Shown here: piece by piece, positions 13,035 through 27,917 of the stretch
How positions within the stretch are numbered: the first letter of the stretch is position 1
Layout: each line of letters opens with the position of its first letter
Source of the DNA: Gonapodya sp. JEL0774
Taxonomy: Eukaryota
Direction: 5' to 3'
NCBI GenBank assembly: GCA_027604505.1
Contig: JADIIX010000030.1
Location: 62,001-126,000, forward strand
Length of the DNA stretch: 64,000 bases
The notes under the pieces: model-generated
The model's input: only the letters and a program-made list of their open reading frames with translations
Told to the model about the DNA's origin: nothing
Databases searched by the model: none
Program-made: the position numbers and the translations under genes

Positions 13035-13636
13035 CAAAGCATTACTGTCTATTTAATGTCTGCTCTAGTTGAATAATTGTTTGTTCGAACGTTAGGAACA
13101 GAAAAAAGGGACTAACACTGCGCCACTTCCCAGTATTTTTCTCCAGTCACGCGTTTCCGCCGTGCTTGCACCAAATCATACGTTCAACAGCACAAGCTTG
13201 CCCGGACCTCGGACTCCACGTCCTGGACCGCATTTGCCTTCGCACATAATCAGAAAAGCCCGTGCAGGGAACCGCAGTCGTCGCGGACCTCTCTGTTTCT
13301 AAAACCAGAAAAGCCAAGCGACGAGTCTTCAACTCCTCGTATACTCATCCCGCCCCCCGCCCCGCAAACGCATCGAAATCTCGAATCTTGTTTGGATTAG
13401 TTTCTGTGCCTCCTCTCAGCCCCTCGACTCTCGTTTTCTCCGGACGTCACCGATCTTCCGCCAAACAACACCTACTCGCCCATCACCTTCCCCTACGTTG
13501 TCTAAGCCCGCCTTTCCTTCTCAAATTCCTTAAGCAAAAGTTAGTCAGCACCTCCTACACGGACTCATTCTATCCGTGAAGACAGTCAAATTCGAAGTGG
13601 TTCCCGTCCGTTTCCAAGATTATTCAACAACAAACC

Positions 13637-16246
<2,610 letters not shown>

Positions 16247-16943
16247 ACATTCACTTCCTTATGCCTCCGTCAACTGGGTTTTGGACACTCTTAAATGGAT
16301 TTATTCAACCGGCTCAATTCAATCTTGGCGATTCTGTTTTCCCTTTCTCCACTTTGCAACCACCACTTCGATCTGACTACTTTGCTTAAAAACGGAAAAA
16401 CGTGTGATGAGCGTCCGGACGGGGTGTGCCTCTCTTCTGGACGTTTCTGGCTTGGCGTGGTGGAGGAACTGAGTGTGGCGAATGTGTTTGTAGACGGCGC
16501 GGGGTGTACGTGACGCGGCTAACGGTGTGACGACGGCGGTAGTCGTGTGTGGCTCAAGCGGGACCGAGGTGTCTCGTCTCGCTATGGCCGGACCGGACCC
16601 CACGGCGGTTGCTGAAGTAGCGTTAATTTGAGGATGGGAACGTTCTCAAGAGTGTGTTTGCGCGGGCGGCGCGTGGAGGGTAGGGTAGCTTAAACCGTTA
16701 AAATCATGTTGGCACATTGCAATACATGTGTTTTCTTTTAACAACATATCCTGTCCCACAAATATCTCGTACCGCAGTCGATGACAGTCGTTTGTTGATT
16801 GTCGATTGTCCATTCAATTTACAAACAAGCGTTTTTGATATCGAAGTTCCCAAACGAAACGAAACTGCCCCCAATGCATCCCAGTTCCAGAGAGGCACAA
16901 TCGCGACTTACAGGGAATTTCTCACTTAATTAATTACATTTGC

Positions 16944-18362
16944 TTAGTTGACTCCGTCCACAGCCTTTTGTTTGTTACGCAACTTCTCACCCGTACCGCC
17001 CGCGAATCTAAGCTCTACTTTTGCTCGAGCCAGAACTTTCAAAAACCTGATCCCGCATGCAAGAAACATTACCAAAACGGGGTCCACAGCACACGGTATC
17101 TGATGACTTCTCACCTCCACTCTTTCCACATCGGAACCCACCCATACAATGCCATCTCTGCCGGCCTCCAGACACTCACCCACCCAACGACGGTCAGACA
17201 CTGAGACGCCCACTCTGACAGCAGGAGTGTTTGGTCATGCACCCCGTCTGAGGACGAGATAGAGGACAAGTAGCGGGAGAGGAGCAGGGCGAGGAGTAAG
17301 ATGATAAGACCGAGGAGGAGAGAGATGCGGAGGGAGGCGAGATGGGTTTGCAGTTGAATGCGTTTGCGCCGGCACTGAGAGATGGGGCGAAGTGCACCCG
17401 GTAGTCGTAGACAATATCAAAGTCAAATTGTAGTTCATATCGCTGTAGTCCATTCAGAGGCACACACTGCTGTACAGCTATGCCGTACACTCCATTCACT
17501 AAGGCCAAATGGCACACACCTGGTACTCAAAGTGTCTAGTAATCGCTGCCTGCACGTCGCGTTCCAGCTCGAAAACAGTATTTCGGTCCTCTTGAAGAAC
17601 TAAGACTGATGAACACCTACTATGGCGCCCGCGAGGGTTTCGTTTGGACTCGAGGGTGGACGGAGTGGGAAGATTGGTTGGGGAGTTGAAGTGGATATGG
17701 TGGCTTTGTTGTGGACTATTTGCGGGGGCCCCCGTGGTGACTCGAACGCATTGTTGCGCCTGATCTCCCGCTGCGTTCGAGGACAGCGCACTGGATGGAG
17801 ATATCGCTATTCTTTCACGGGCATCGATGTCCAAGTTTGCATTCGTACTGTCTTCGCCACTCCAACCCAAACACTGTCTGCCGTCACTGCCCAGTCTTGT
17901 TTCATTCCAAACGGCTAGCTCAACATCGGACTCAGAATCCAAGTCTGGCTCCGCGCCATTGTCTTCATTTCGGTGATCGTATTCATCGGCTTTTGCAATT
18001 GTGCCCGGCCCAAGGAAGATTCGAATGAGAAAATCGCTCGCGTCGGGTGTTTCCTGTGCGTACGTGAGAATGAAATCTTCCGCATCGTGATCCTACATAG
18101 CAGATGAGGCATTGACGGTATCAGCAATCACAGCCATAGGTGCTAAGATAAAATCGCCCAGTCTGGAGAAAGCTGGAGTCTTCTTTGCTCGCACCAGATC
18201 TTTGAGAAAGAACGGACTGGGGTCGAGAGAGTTGAAGAGTTGGGAGACTCGGACAACTCGAATTTCGACAGCCGCAGATTTCGGGACCTTCACGATGACC
18301 GGTCCCAGGAAGGGAATCCGGGCAAAAGCAGCCGAAAATGTGGCTTTGAGCGAAGGCGCCAT
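16944..18362 (-). CDS. Uncharacterised membrane protein resembling a prokaryotic hypothetical family (2 C-terminal hydrophobic segments)
   Basis: Four hand-spliced exons in frame: MAPSLK...SQLFNSLDPSPFFLKDL|DHDAEDFILTYAQE...AAITRHFEYQ|CRRKRIQL...ISLLLGLIILLLALLL...LTVVGWVSVWRPAEMALYGWVPMWKEWR|FLKVLARAKVELRF...*. Splice sites are GT-AG. Confidence 0.75.
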
Positions 18363-18414
18363 TGTGTTTTTGGGAATCGGGCAATGAGATTTCCCTGCCA
18401 GTCCGGAAGTCCTG

Positions 18415-18428
18415 TGGCAGGCCTGCCA
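18415..18428. promoter_or_regulatory. 14-bp perfect palindrome centred in the 125-bp divergent spacer before ROK1
   Basis: tggcaggcctgcca. Regulatory role is inferred from position only. Confidence 0.35.
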
Positions 18429-18487
18429 GAGCGCTTCAATTATCTCTTTTCTACATCTTTCCAAGTAATCACGCATTCTGCACGAGA

Positions 18488-21110
18488 ATGGATTTCTTTC
18501 GAGTGCTGAGCAGCGGCACTGATGCAGGAAGAAGAGGAAACAAGAGGAAAAGGATGGATGCAGAGGATCGGGAGGCCTCCATTTCCGTGAGTGGTTTCGT
18601 TCCCCATGCAGTTGTTGACCTGGGACAATTCGTCGCTAACAGCCCATGGTATCGATAAATGAACGACCCAATTCTCGTCCCTGCTTTCTCAATGTCTCTG
18701 TGTACAGAATCCTTCCTCATCGTCACCTTCAATCCCATCCTCTCAACCAGGAAGCGCAACCGACAATTCTGCTGCCCCAAACAAATCGGATCCCGCCCTC
18801 ATGTCGAACAAAGCGTTTAATAAATCTCACGCCATCCGTGCCTCCTCTTCTACGTCTGTGCCCCCAGCAGCCCGCTCTCTCGACAATCTTTTCGCACAAC
18901 TCAGAACCTCTCTCACTCCCCTTGTTCCTCCGGTAGACTCAAAGTCTTTGGCCATAATTGATGGAATTTTTCACCCTCTGAGGAGCAACCTCGACAGAGT
19001 GGTGTCAAAGCTCACACCAGTGCAGATGCAGGCTATACCGGTTATGAATGAGGTACGTCCCAACGTTCGTAGCGTGAATGACACGTTTGTGCAACGGGAA
19101 CCTGTAGATGGTAGAAAGGTTTCATTGAGCCATCACAGCGTGCTGTGTATTATTAACCGTTCACTCTCCCGTTGATGCTCATCCGACGATCCCCCCGTGG
19201 TAGTCTCGTGATCTCATCGCCATCTCCCCCACTGGATCTGGGAAAACTATCGCCTACCTGCTGCCTCTTATCCACCTCGCAGCCCGCTCCGCCCTCGAAT
19301 CCCTCCGATCCCCTTCAACCTCGTTGTCCCCCACATCCGCAAACTCCCGAGGCCCCGTAGCAGTCGTACTCGCTCCCACTGTGGAGCTCTGTGCACAGAT
19401 TCACAGGGAGGCAGCCAAGCTCGTTGAAGGTGTACGGCTTCCAGTGTCTGGAAGAAAGGGATGGAGGGAGATCAAAGTGTGCCTTTTGACAACCTACGGT
19501 GGTGGACTTTTTGGGGCGTTGGGAAAGCAAACAGATAGGGGCGATGAAGGTGTGGCGACAGGTGACTCGGATGACGATAGAAGCGAGGACGATGATGACG
19601 ATGAGGACTATGAAGAAGATGCCGAGAGCGACACCACCAATCATGAAATCGAGTTGGATGGACTTCGGTCACAAGAAATGGCGGACATGGTTGATGATGG
19701 CGAGACGTCCTCGTCCAATGAGTCGGAGACATCATCGCAACCCAAGTCAGCACAATCCGCCAACGCTCAACGACTCATATCTCAATTACTCCTTTTCGGT
19801 ACGCGTGCCATTTCCCTCCCCCCCGAGCTCTGCGTTTCTTTTCATTGTTATTTTGGTTTTTATTCCGTTCTGTCATTCTCAGACATCCTCGTTGCAACCC
19901 CGCAGCGCCTTCTGAACGTTGTCTCGGCGGCCTCCCTCCCTCTCCTATCCACTGTCCGGACACTCGTTCTTGACGAGGCTGATCGCCTACTCTCCTTGGA
20001 CGATGTCCACCACAACACTGTCACGTCCCTCGTATCGCTTGATGAGGCAGGAAGGCCCGCGGACGAAGGTGCAAGCTTTTTGCATCAGCTTGATAAAGTC
20101 CTTGAGCAGTGTAAAGATGAGAGGTTGAGTAAGGCAGTGTTCAGCGCGACGGTGCCAAGTGGGGTAGAGGAAATAGCGAGAAGTGTCATGGGTGCTGATC
20201 TGGTGACGGTTAGGATCGGTGGGGGGCAAGGGGAGGCAAGCAGGTGAGCTATCTGTCATGAAGAGGTACGGATAATGCAAGTTTTGAACCCCTTTGCATC
20301 TGAAAATTTCACTCATTGCTCATACAAGCGCTCTGTCAGTCCTTCCCTCAATACACCAATCCCTCTCTTTCTGCTCTTCCGAATCCGGCAAGCTTCTGTG
20401 CTTTCGGCAAATGCTGGCTCGCGGTGATATTCGTCCACCGTGCTTGATTTTCGTGCAGTCGAGACAAAGGGCTGATGAGCTCGCGGGGGAATTGGCGGTA
20501 GAAGGGAGGAGCGTAGGGGTTGCAACGGGGGATCGTAGTAAGAAGGAGGTGAGTACAGTGGCATATGGATTCTGGATGGTTTGTGAGGTCTTTGCGTGCA
20601 GAATGATCCTCCTCACTGTATCTCTCTGACACTCCCCAGCGTGAATCTCAAGTTCGTCTGTTCCGCACAGGCCACCTTCACCTTCTCATCTGCACAGACT
20701 TGCTCTCGCGTGGCTTGGACTTCTCCGCGGTCCGCACCGTGGTTAATTATGATTTTCCATCAACTACTGCCGCGTATATCCATCGAATAGGACGCACGGG
20801 GCGAGCGGGCAGAGAGGGCTGGGCGTACACTTTCTTTACATACGAGGATGCTCCCTACGTCAAAGCAGTGGCAAATGTGATGAAGGCGATGGGGCAGAAA
20901 GTGGAAGAATGGATGATGAAATTGGATAACCCCAATAAGCAGGTGCGGAAGAGGGTGAAGGAGAGGGGTGTGAAGCGAGAGCGGATTGATACGAAACCTG
21001 TGACCGAGAGAAGGAAGGAAGCTCGGAAGAAGGAAATGATTGAGGCAAGCAAGAGGAGGAAGATGGAACGTTCGGGCGGGAAGAGAAAGAACCTTTCACA
21101 AGATACATAG
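18488..21110 (+). CDS. ROK1: DEAD-box RNA helicase of the Rok1/DDX52 type
   Basis: N-terminal [76 protein letters not shown]...[22 protein letters not shown]; basic tail [11 protein letters not shown]. Confidence 0.9.
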
Positions 21111-21308
21111 ACAGCTTTACAGCCGTATGAACCCGACGTGGACAGCGCATGACTGGTGGAGTCAATAGATAATATATGGACAATTCACACATATGATTTC
21201 TACATGACAAAATAAATACCGACACTGAAAGTCGGTGGAACTCAACAGAACTGAGCCCCAGCTCAGAACGTCGCCCAAAGAGACTGTCTATCACCGTTGC
21301 TATCACAA

Positions 21309-24300
21309 CTAACCGGGTTTTTGCCGGGAGAAGGACAGCGGCTTGGCTGGAGCTGCGGGCTTTACAGTAGGCCACTGTGTTCCTTCAAGTTTAGAACTCG
21401 GAGAGAGGGTGGGGGCTTTTGAAGAAGCTGATGACGGTTCCATTGCGGTCGATCGGGTCGGGAGGGTGGGACGTGTGCCCGGATGGAAGAAGGACGAAGG
21501 GGGGCGCGGTTCATCGGTGACATTGAAAAGGTTGGGAACTGATTCCGATGGTCGCATGGAGCCTCGGGAGACTGGATTGAGTTTGAAGCATTCCATTAAT
21601 GAATACTACAAAACGGGTCAGAGAACAGCCGGAAGACACGCGCACCTTCTTCGCTCCTGCCGTTCCGCTCCCCTTTGGGTACATTGCTTGCACTTACACT
21701 CCTTTGCATTTTTGACGGAGATAAATGTTTGATCAAAGTAGGTTCAGTTTTACGTTTGAATATACCAAGAAGACTGACGGACTGGGCAGTGTCGGTCGTG
21801 GTAGGGATTTGGCTCTTTGAGCTTGGGTCTAAAACTGTGGGACAACATTGCACGGACTTCAATAATTGCCTATGCAACTGTCACTTACGACTGAAAGTCT
21901 CCTCTGTCCATTCTCTGGGAATGTCCATTTCTTCATAAACCTCCCTCACTTGGCTCATACGGGCTGCAAATGTCGCTCGAATTCCTTCCCAGTCACCCGC
22001 TTGGGCGCTTCCGGCCAAAACCCCGACAACTCCCAGCTCCTCTCCATCTGCGGCAACCTCTGAAAGGCCAGTGAGAGCTTCGTAAACTCGTACTTGAACG
22101 TCTACAAATTTCACGAGCACAATGTCGAGGTAATCGTTCACGAGGTCACGAAGAATGGGAATCTCCTCCAGAAGTTGGTCATTGAGGAGTTCGTAGTTGG
22201 CAGAAGATTCGGCTAATAGTTCAGAAGGCTGAGAGACAGGATGACGGGTACTTGTGTTCAGATTTTGCTTTTTTGGAACCCATCGAAGTGCTAACCTTTT
22301 GCCCAAGATTCGTCTGCTCCTTTACTCGCTCGTGATCAAGCCTTTTCTTATCCCTTTTCTTGATCACTGCAGCAGGACCTTTCAGGTTTTCGATAACGCC
22401 GTCGAGCATGGGCAAGATTTTGCGGTTGATCGCGTCATCCTATCATCAAATATTTCCGCATTAGCAAGATGACGACGGAAAACAGTATCCAAGGCAATTA
22501 ACGCACAACCTCCCTGATGATAGGTCCTCTCGCCAGAGACGAAGCATACTTCTGCCACTTGCTGACGAACTTGAGACTCGAGTTCTTCACTTCCGCCACT
22601 GGAGTAAAATCGTAGATTTCCTCCATTGCTAAAATGAAGCGCTCTTGAGCATCTAGCAGCGCTAGAAAGGATGGAGAGTCCAATCCGATCTTTCCTCACA
22701 ACTTGTGCACAGCATGCCGACGCACCTTGAAGTTCTTTCAGCCACTCCACAACTTCTACTTTTATCTGCTTCACCCTTGCATCCAAATTTTCAAAATTTT
22801 CCCTCACAACTTCGAACACGCCATCGATCTTCCCGTCCGCTAAGCCCACCGTCTGTCGAACGGCTACCGCAGTCCTCGTGTAGCTTTTAGCCGCCCAATG
22901 CACGGGATTTCTATTCGCCAACAATGATGACGCATCAGGTTTTGATGTCGAGGGTGGGGATGACAAGGATGAGGAGCTTCCCGTTGCACCCCGCGCCAAT
23001 CTGGCGTACTTTTCTGTGACATCCTTTCGATGCTTGAGAGAATTAATTTTATCGGCCAAAGAAGTGAGAAGAGACAGTGCAGTGTTCAGAGCGCGAGTCG
23101 ACGGATGGTTTGGTGGGGTTGCAGCAACGAGAGACTATGAGAGGAAGATATGTTGACGATGTGTTGACGCTCTCACTCATATATCGCGTAGCATTAATCA
23201 ACAGCTACACAGCTCAACTTCACCCGAAATCACGTACCTTCACTAAAAGAGGATATTTAAGGACCCTCTGTACCGGCTTAACCAGTATTCCCGCAAGATC
23301 CCACGCGCCGGTAACCCCCTCGTCCACCATGGCTTTTGTCTGATCCTTGATGAATTCCCTTAATTGCACGCTTGGATCCGGTGTTCCCGTTCTCTCCGAC
23401 AACTGTTCTTCCGAAGAAGAGGACGAAGCCGATCCTTGTCGAACTCGCGCTGATGCCATCACTTCAGCAACTTTGGCCACTGCTCGTTCACTTTTGCCAC
23501 ACCATTCACCGTAAACGTCCTCCATTTGCGCTGCCGAGCGGACAAAGACATCTGCAAGTTCCTGCCCTCCTTCCGGATTCCGTTCACATGCTATCCGAAT
23601 CAATGCAAGAAAATTCCGTGAGAAGGCGAGTAATGCGGGTAAATTTGAGAAAATGAGAAGCACGGTAGAACTAGGTAACACGTGGAGCGATGGTGTGTAG
23701 AAATACTTGGAAGAAACGCCAACACAATAGATGAACACAATAAAAGGACACGCGCATACGACCATTTCTCTCCACTAAGACTCACATCACTCAATACTTC
23801 CATGTCTCTCACGAAAACTTCCTCTGTCTCGATCACCTCATTTGTCACGTTGATCCGTTTCTTCCTTAGTTTTTCGTCGCGATCTGCCTCTTCCTCTTCA
23901 TTTGGGCTAGGTACGTCTTCCTGAAATTCACTGTCAGGGTTTGCGCTACCAGGGATTATTGAAGAAATTGTAAGACCATCTATGGAGTCGGTTCCCATGC
24001 GAACCAGCGAAGGTGTCAAGGAGGATGCGGAAGCACCTGATGGAGATGTCCCCGCACGCTGCTGGGATGCCTTCGAGCCGGAAGTGAGATCGGGGCCAGG
24101 GCCATTGAAAAGAGACAGAGGTGGGACAGGAGAAGGAGCTGGGAGAACTGGTGCCGGTACATGATTATGTGTTGGCGGGGGGGAGGCACGCCGGGAGCGA
24201 CTCGCCGTAGAAGACCCTAATAAAACATCGCGGAGGCCATTGCATCAGATTGAAAATTCATGGATAGAGAGGATGTGCGGCGTTGGAAAGCAATAACGTC

Positions 24301-25264
24301 TCAGTATTCAGAATCAGAATGAAAGAACACACATACTCCCAGACTGACCCGCGCTGCCTGCACCCTTTCCATCAAGATCCAAAGTGACCTGTGGAGGCGG
24401 GGAATGTTTCCGACCTTGCGACGTGTAACTGTGGGAAGAAGCATTGGACATCATTGACACAGGCCGGGAATTGCGGCCTGGCAACGGCAGGTACGACGAA
24501 GGACGTTGGGGAGCAGATGGTGATCCAGGAAGTCCAGAACTAACACCGCCTGCTTGAAGTGCTTGAATACGAGCTGCAAGTGAGGCAACTCCAGTCGAAG
24601 GTTGGATCACTACGTGCGGGAATGTGTTGTTGGTATCCGGATCTGCCCGTCGGTTACTCTGCAAGCTGCTGTCACTGCCACGAGAACTAGAGAATGGGCC
24701 ATCATCGCTGAACGGGTCCACTCCTGTAGAAACATCCTTATCCCCAGTTTCAGCTCCTCGGGGGTTACCCTTCCCTGCCCTACCGCCAGTCACGGATGGA
24801 TAATCCGACTGTGTAACTTTCACCGCAGTAAACTGCGAAGGTTTGGGTGGTGGTGGGGGCGCTGGCTTTTTGGACCCAGATCCTTCCCGGATATGTGTGC
24901 GTGGTTGCACTTGAGTGGCCAGATTAACGTTGCCGCCGTAAAACGACACTGGCCGTACATCTCCCGAGTACCTTGTACGAGTGGTATCCCGAGGCTGCTC
25001 CGCGGTCTCAAATTTGTGGGTGAGCCCCTTCACACTTCTCCCAAAATCATAAACGCCGTTTGTTCCACCACTTCCACTTGGATCCGAATCCACATTGCCT
25101 ACATCGTCTATCGAGTGAGCTGCAGCGCCAAAACCCGCCGGTGCGCGAGTTGGGAGACCAAGTCCATGCCCAGACGACGAACTGGAAGTGACACCACCAC
25201 CTTTCGCGAACGCGCTTCTTGTCGTCGTAGTGTTCCGTCCATCTACTGATCCATTTTTGCTCAT
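21309..25264 (-). CDS. RhoGEF (DH) plus BAR-domain protein (Gef1/Tuba-like)
   Basis: DH: RINVTNEVIETEEVFVRDM, IFSNL, YGEWC, DLAGILVKPVQRVLKYPLLVK, ADKINSLKHRKDVTEKY. BAR-like: IKKRDKKRLDHER, ANYELLNDQLLEEIP. Pro-rich N-terminus. Confidence 0.8.
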
Positions 25265-25410
25265 AGGGAAACAATAGGCGGTGCTGTGATTTATATATAT
25301 GCAATGGCGACCATGAATGATCTGACCGTGCAGCACTCGTAGAATATGTATGAACAAACTCCCGATCGGAAAAATAGGCAGTTTTCCATTTTATTAAGAT
25401 AAGTTACGAT

Positions 25411-27714
25411 TCATCGCTTTACTCGAGGCACCGCTGGGGCAGCTCTGCCACCCAATGTGCTGCTGAGAACACTCTGCCCCATGACTGACTGACTGACTGA
25501 TGCTCCGAGATGTTCGTTTGTCGCCTGGTAAGTAAAGCTGTTGTCAAGAGGTGACATGAAAGCCATGCCCGATTTAGAGTTTGGCCTATTCCTCAACTGC
25601 TCGTCAACTGCACCCCAACGAACTTACCCTTGGAACTGTTGCTGTACACTTGTAGACAAGTGCGAATCTGCAACGACGGAATCCGTCGGCTGTTCCGACG
25701 TGAACACTTCATCGAAGTTTGAGGTGTCAGCAGCCGAAAGGACCGTTGGCTTGTACGGCGGCTGATACTTTTTGTGGTGCAATTTGTTCCAGTCGATACC
25801 GGCAAAGAATGGGTGACGCTTGATTTCGTCGGCACCATTTGCACCCAGGCGCTGGTTGGAGTCTCGATTCAGGAGCTATTAAGGGGGGAACAAGACGAAA
25901 GGAATAAACAAATTTTGCTTGCAGAGCGCCGTGAGCAGCACAAGAAAAGTGAGCGTCAAATGCACCTGTTTGAGAAGATCCTTTGCCTCCCGTCCCATGT
26001 CGTCCGTCAACACAAGCTCAGCGGTGAGAATTTTTTTGTACATTTCATTCGTGTTTTCATCATAGAATGGTGGAAGGCCAGTAAGCATCTCATACAAGAG
26101 CACGCCGAGAGTCCACCAATCCACGGCCTTAGTGTATCCGTTCCCGATGAGAAGTTCCGGAGCCAAGTACTCTGGAGTGCCGCAGAAGGTATTGGTCTTC
26201 TGTTTATCCCCGATGTTAAGTTTGCAGAGACCAAAATCGCATAGAGCAATGTGACCGGTGTAATCGAGCAAGATATTTTCGGGTTTGAGGTCGCTGATTC
26301 AGGGCAACCAGGTAACATGAGCTGACGTGAAGGATTCCTGCTTTGTGCGTTCTGTAGCACCTACTTCAGCAAGGACAACTCACCGATAGATAACGTCAAA
26401 TTTGTGCAAACATTCGAGTGCGGTCAACAGCTCTGCCGTGTAAAACCTCCCCCGGTCCTCGCTGAACCTCCCTTCTCTCTGCAAGTGGTGGAACAGCTCT
26501 CCACCATTTACAAACGCCAGAACAAAGTAAAGCTTCTCAGGCGTTTGGAACGCCCATTTCAGGTTGACCACGAAAGGGTTAAAGAGCTGAGAGAGCACGT
26601 TTCGTTCGGCAAGCGTATGCTGAACCTCCGCCCTTTCGACAATATGCTGCTTCCGGATAATTTTCATTGCGTATATGCGCCCGGTGTCCTTCTTTCGAAC
26701 CTGCATAACCTTTCCGAATGACCCTTTTCCAATGACCTTGAGCAGCTCAAAGTCGTCGATTCCGATGGCCTTTTTTGTTGGCTGATTACGAACACAAGAG
26801 GTCAGCAGATTCGCCTATGGCGCTATGCACAATGAATACAACATACACCGTTGCTCTTGAACACCAGCTGCACATGCACCTTGCCAGCGTGTGCATCCTC
26901 ACCAGCGGCGCTCTGCAGAGTGTACCACTCATCCGTCAAGGCTTGATCCTTTAGGGTCGGCTTCACACGGATAGAGCCCAAGAAGATATCCCCGCCACTT
27001 CCAGCGAGCTTTGATGCGTTGGTGGATGTCGCAGCCGTCGGGCTTGCCCGCTGGTACAGGGAGATGATTGCCTCCGAGTCGATCGAAACATCACTATAAA
27101 CGCAAGCTCAGTTGCTTGCGAGGAGCAAAAGCAGGATCCAACCATTCGTTGCTCACAAGTTGGCACGGTGTTGCCAGGTTATGCTCTTCCCATCGAGGTC
27201 TCCATCTTTGGCAGGCACTGCGATTTCTTGCTTGTCGAACTCGATAACACAATAAGGGAGCTTATCCTCCTAAGCGAATCATTGCGCAAAGCGTCAAGCC
27301 TCTCCACCTCTGACGGGTAGCAAACGAAAGAGATGTCTACCTTCTTCATAGTCTTGTCACTTGCCACCTCAGGCCGCATCTTCAAGCCCTGTGCCTCCAG
27401 TATTCTGATAAGAAGCAACCCCGTGCTCACAGAGCTCAGTGCAGTCGATTTTGAGGTGGCCTGGGTAGGGGAGGAGTTCGAAGAAGCGTCTGAGTTGGAG
27501 ATGGCCATTGGGGCCATTTTGCCGGACAGCTCATCAATCGACTTTGTCGTAGGCTCTGAGAAGAGTGATGTGTCCGTAGAGTCGGTTTTAATGGACACAT
27601 TACAAGGAGGAGATGAACAAAGAGAGGTGAAGTCCGCACAAACAAGCCCCGATGAAGGGTCTTGAAGTCTCTCTTTGACTTACTGGGTTTCGCAGATCCG
27701 ATGGATTTAAACAT
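25411..27714 (-). CDS. AGC Ser/Thr kinase, Ypk1/Gad8/SGK-like, with N-terminal C2-like region
   Basis: FELLKVIGKGSFGKVMQVRKKDTGRIYAMKIIRK, KLYFVLAFVNGGELFHHLQREG, DLKPENILLDYTGHIALCDFGLCK, TNTFCGTPEYLAPE, PPFYDEN; hydrophobic motif FQG|FTY split by an intron. Confidence 0.95.
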
Positions 27715-27917
27715 GTTATCGCTCAATGTCAGTTTGGAGAAACTGATGTGCGCACAACCAAGACTTACGAGACTGCCCCCTTCGCATCTCACGATCAGCG
27801 ACACATCACCGACAAAAAATATCTCATATGTGCGCGCTCTTATATTCCTACCACACAAACTCACTAACGCAACATGTCTTTCCGACCTCTCCGGCGTAAT
27901 TGAGCGTCTCAATATGC

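Noticed and set aside
25482..25500. (TGAC)n tandem
   Set aside because: Short microsatellite inside the kinase C-terminal coding sequence (SVSQSV); not an array.
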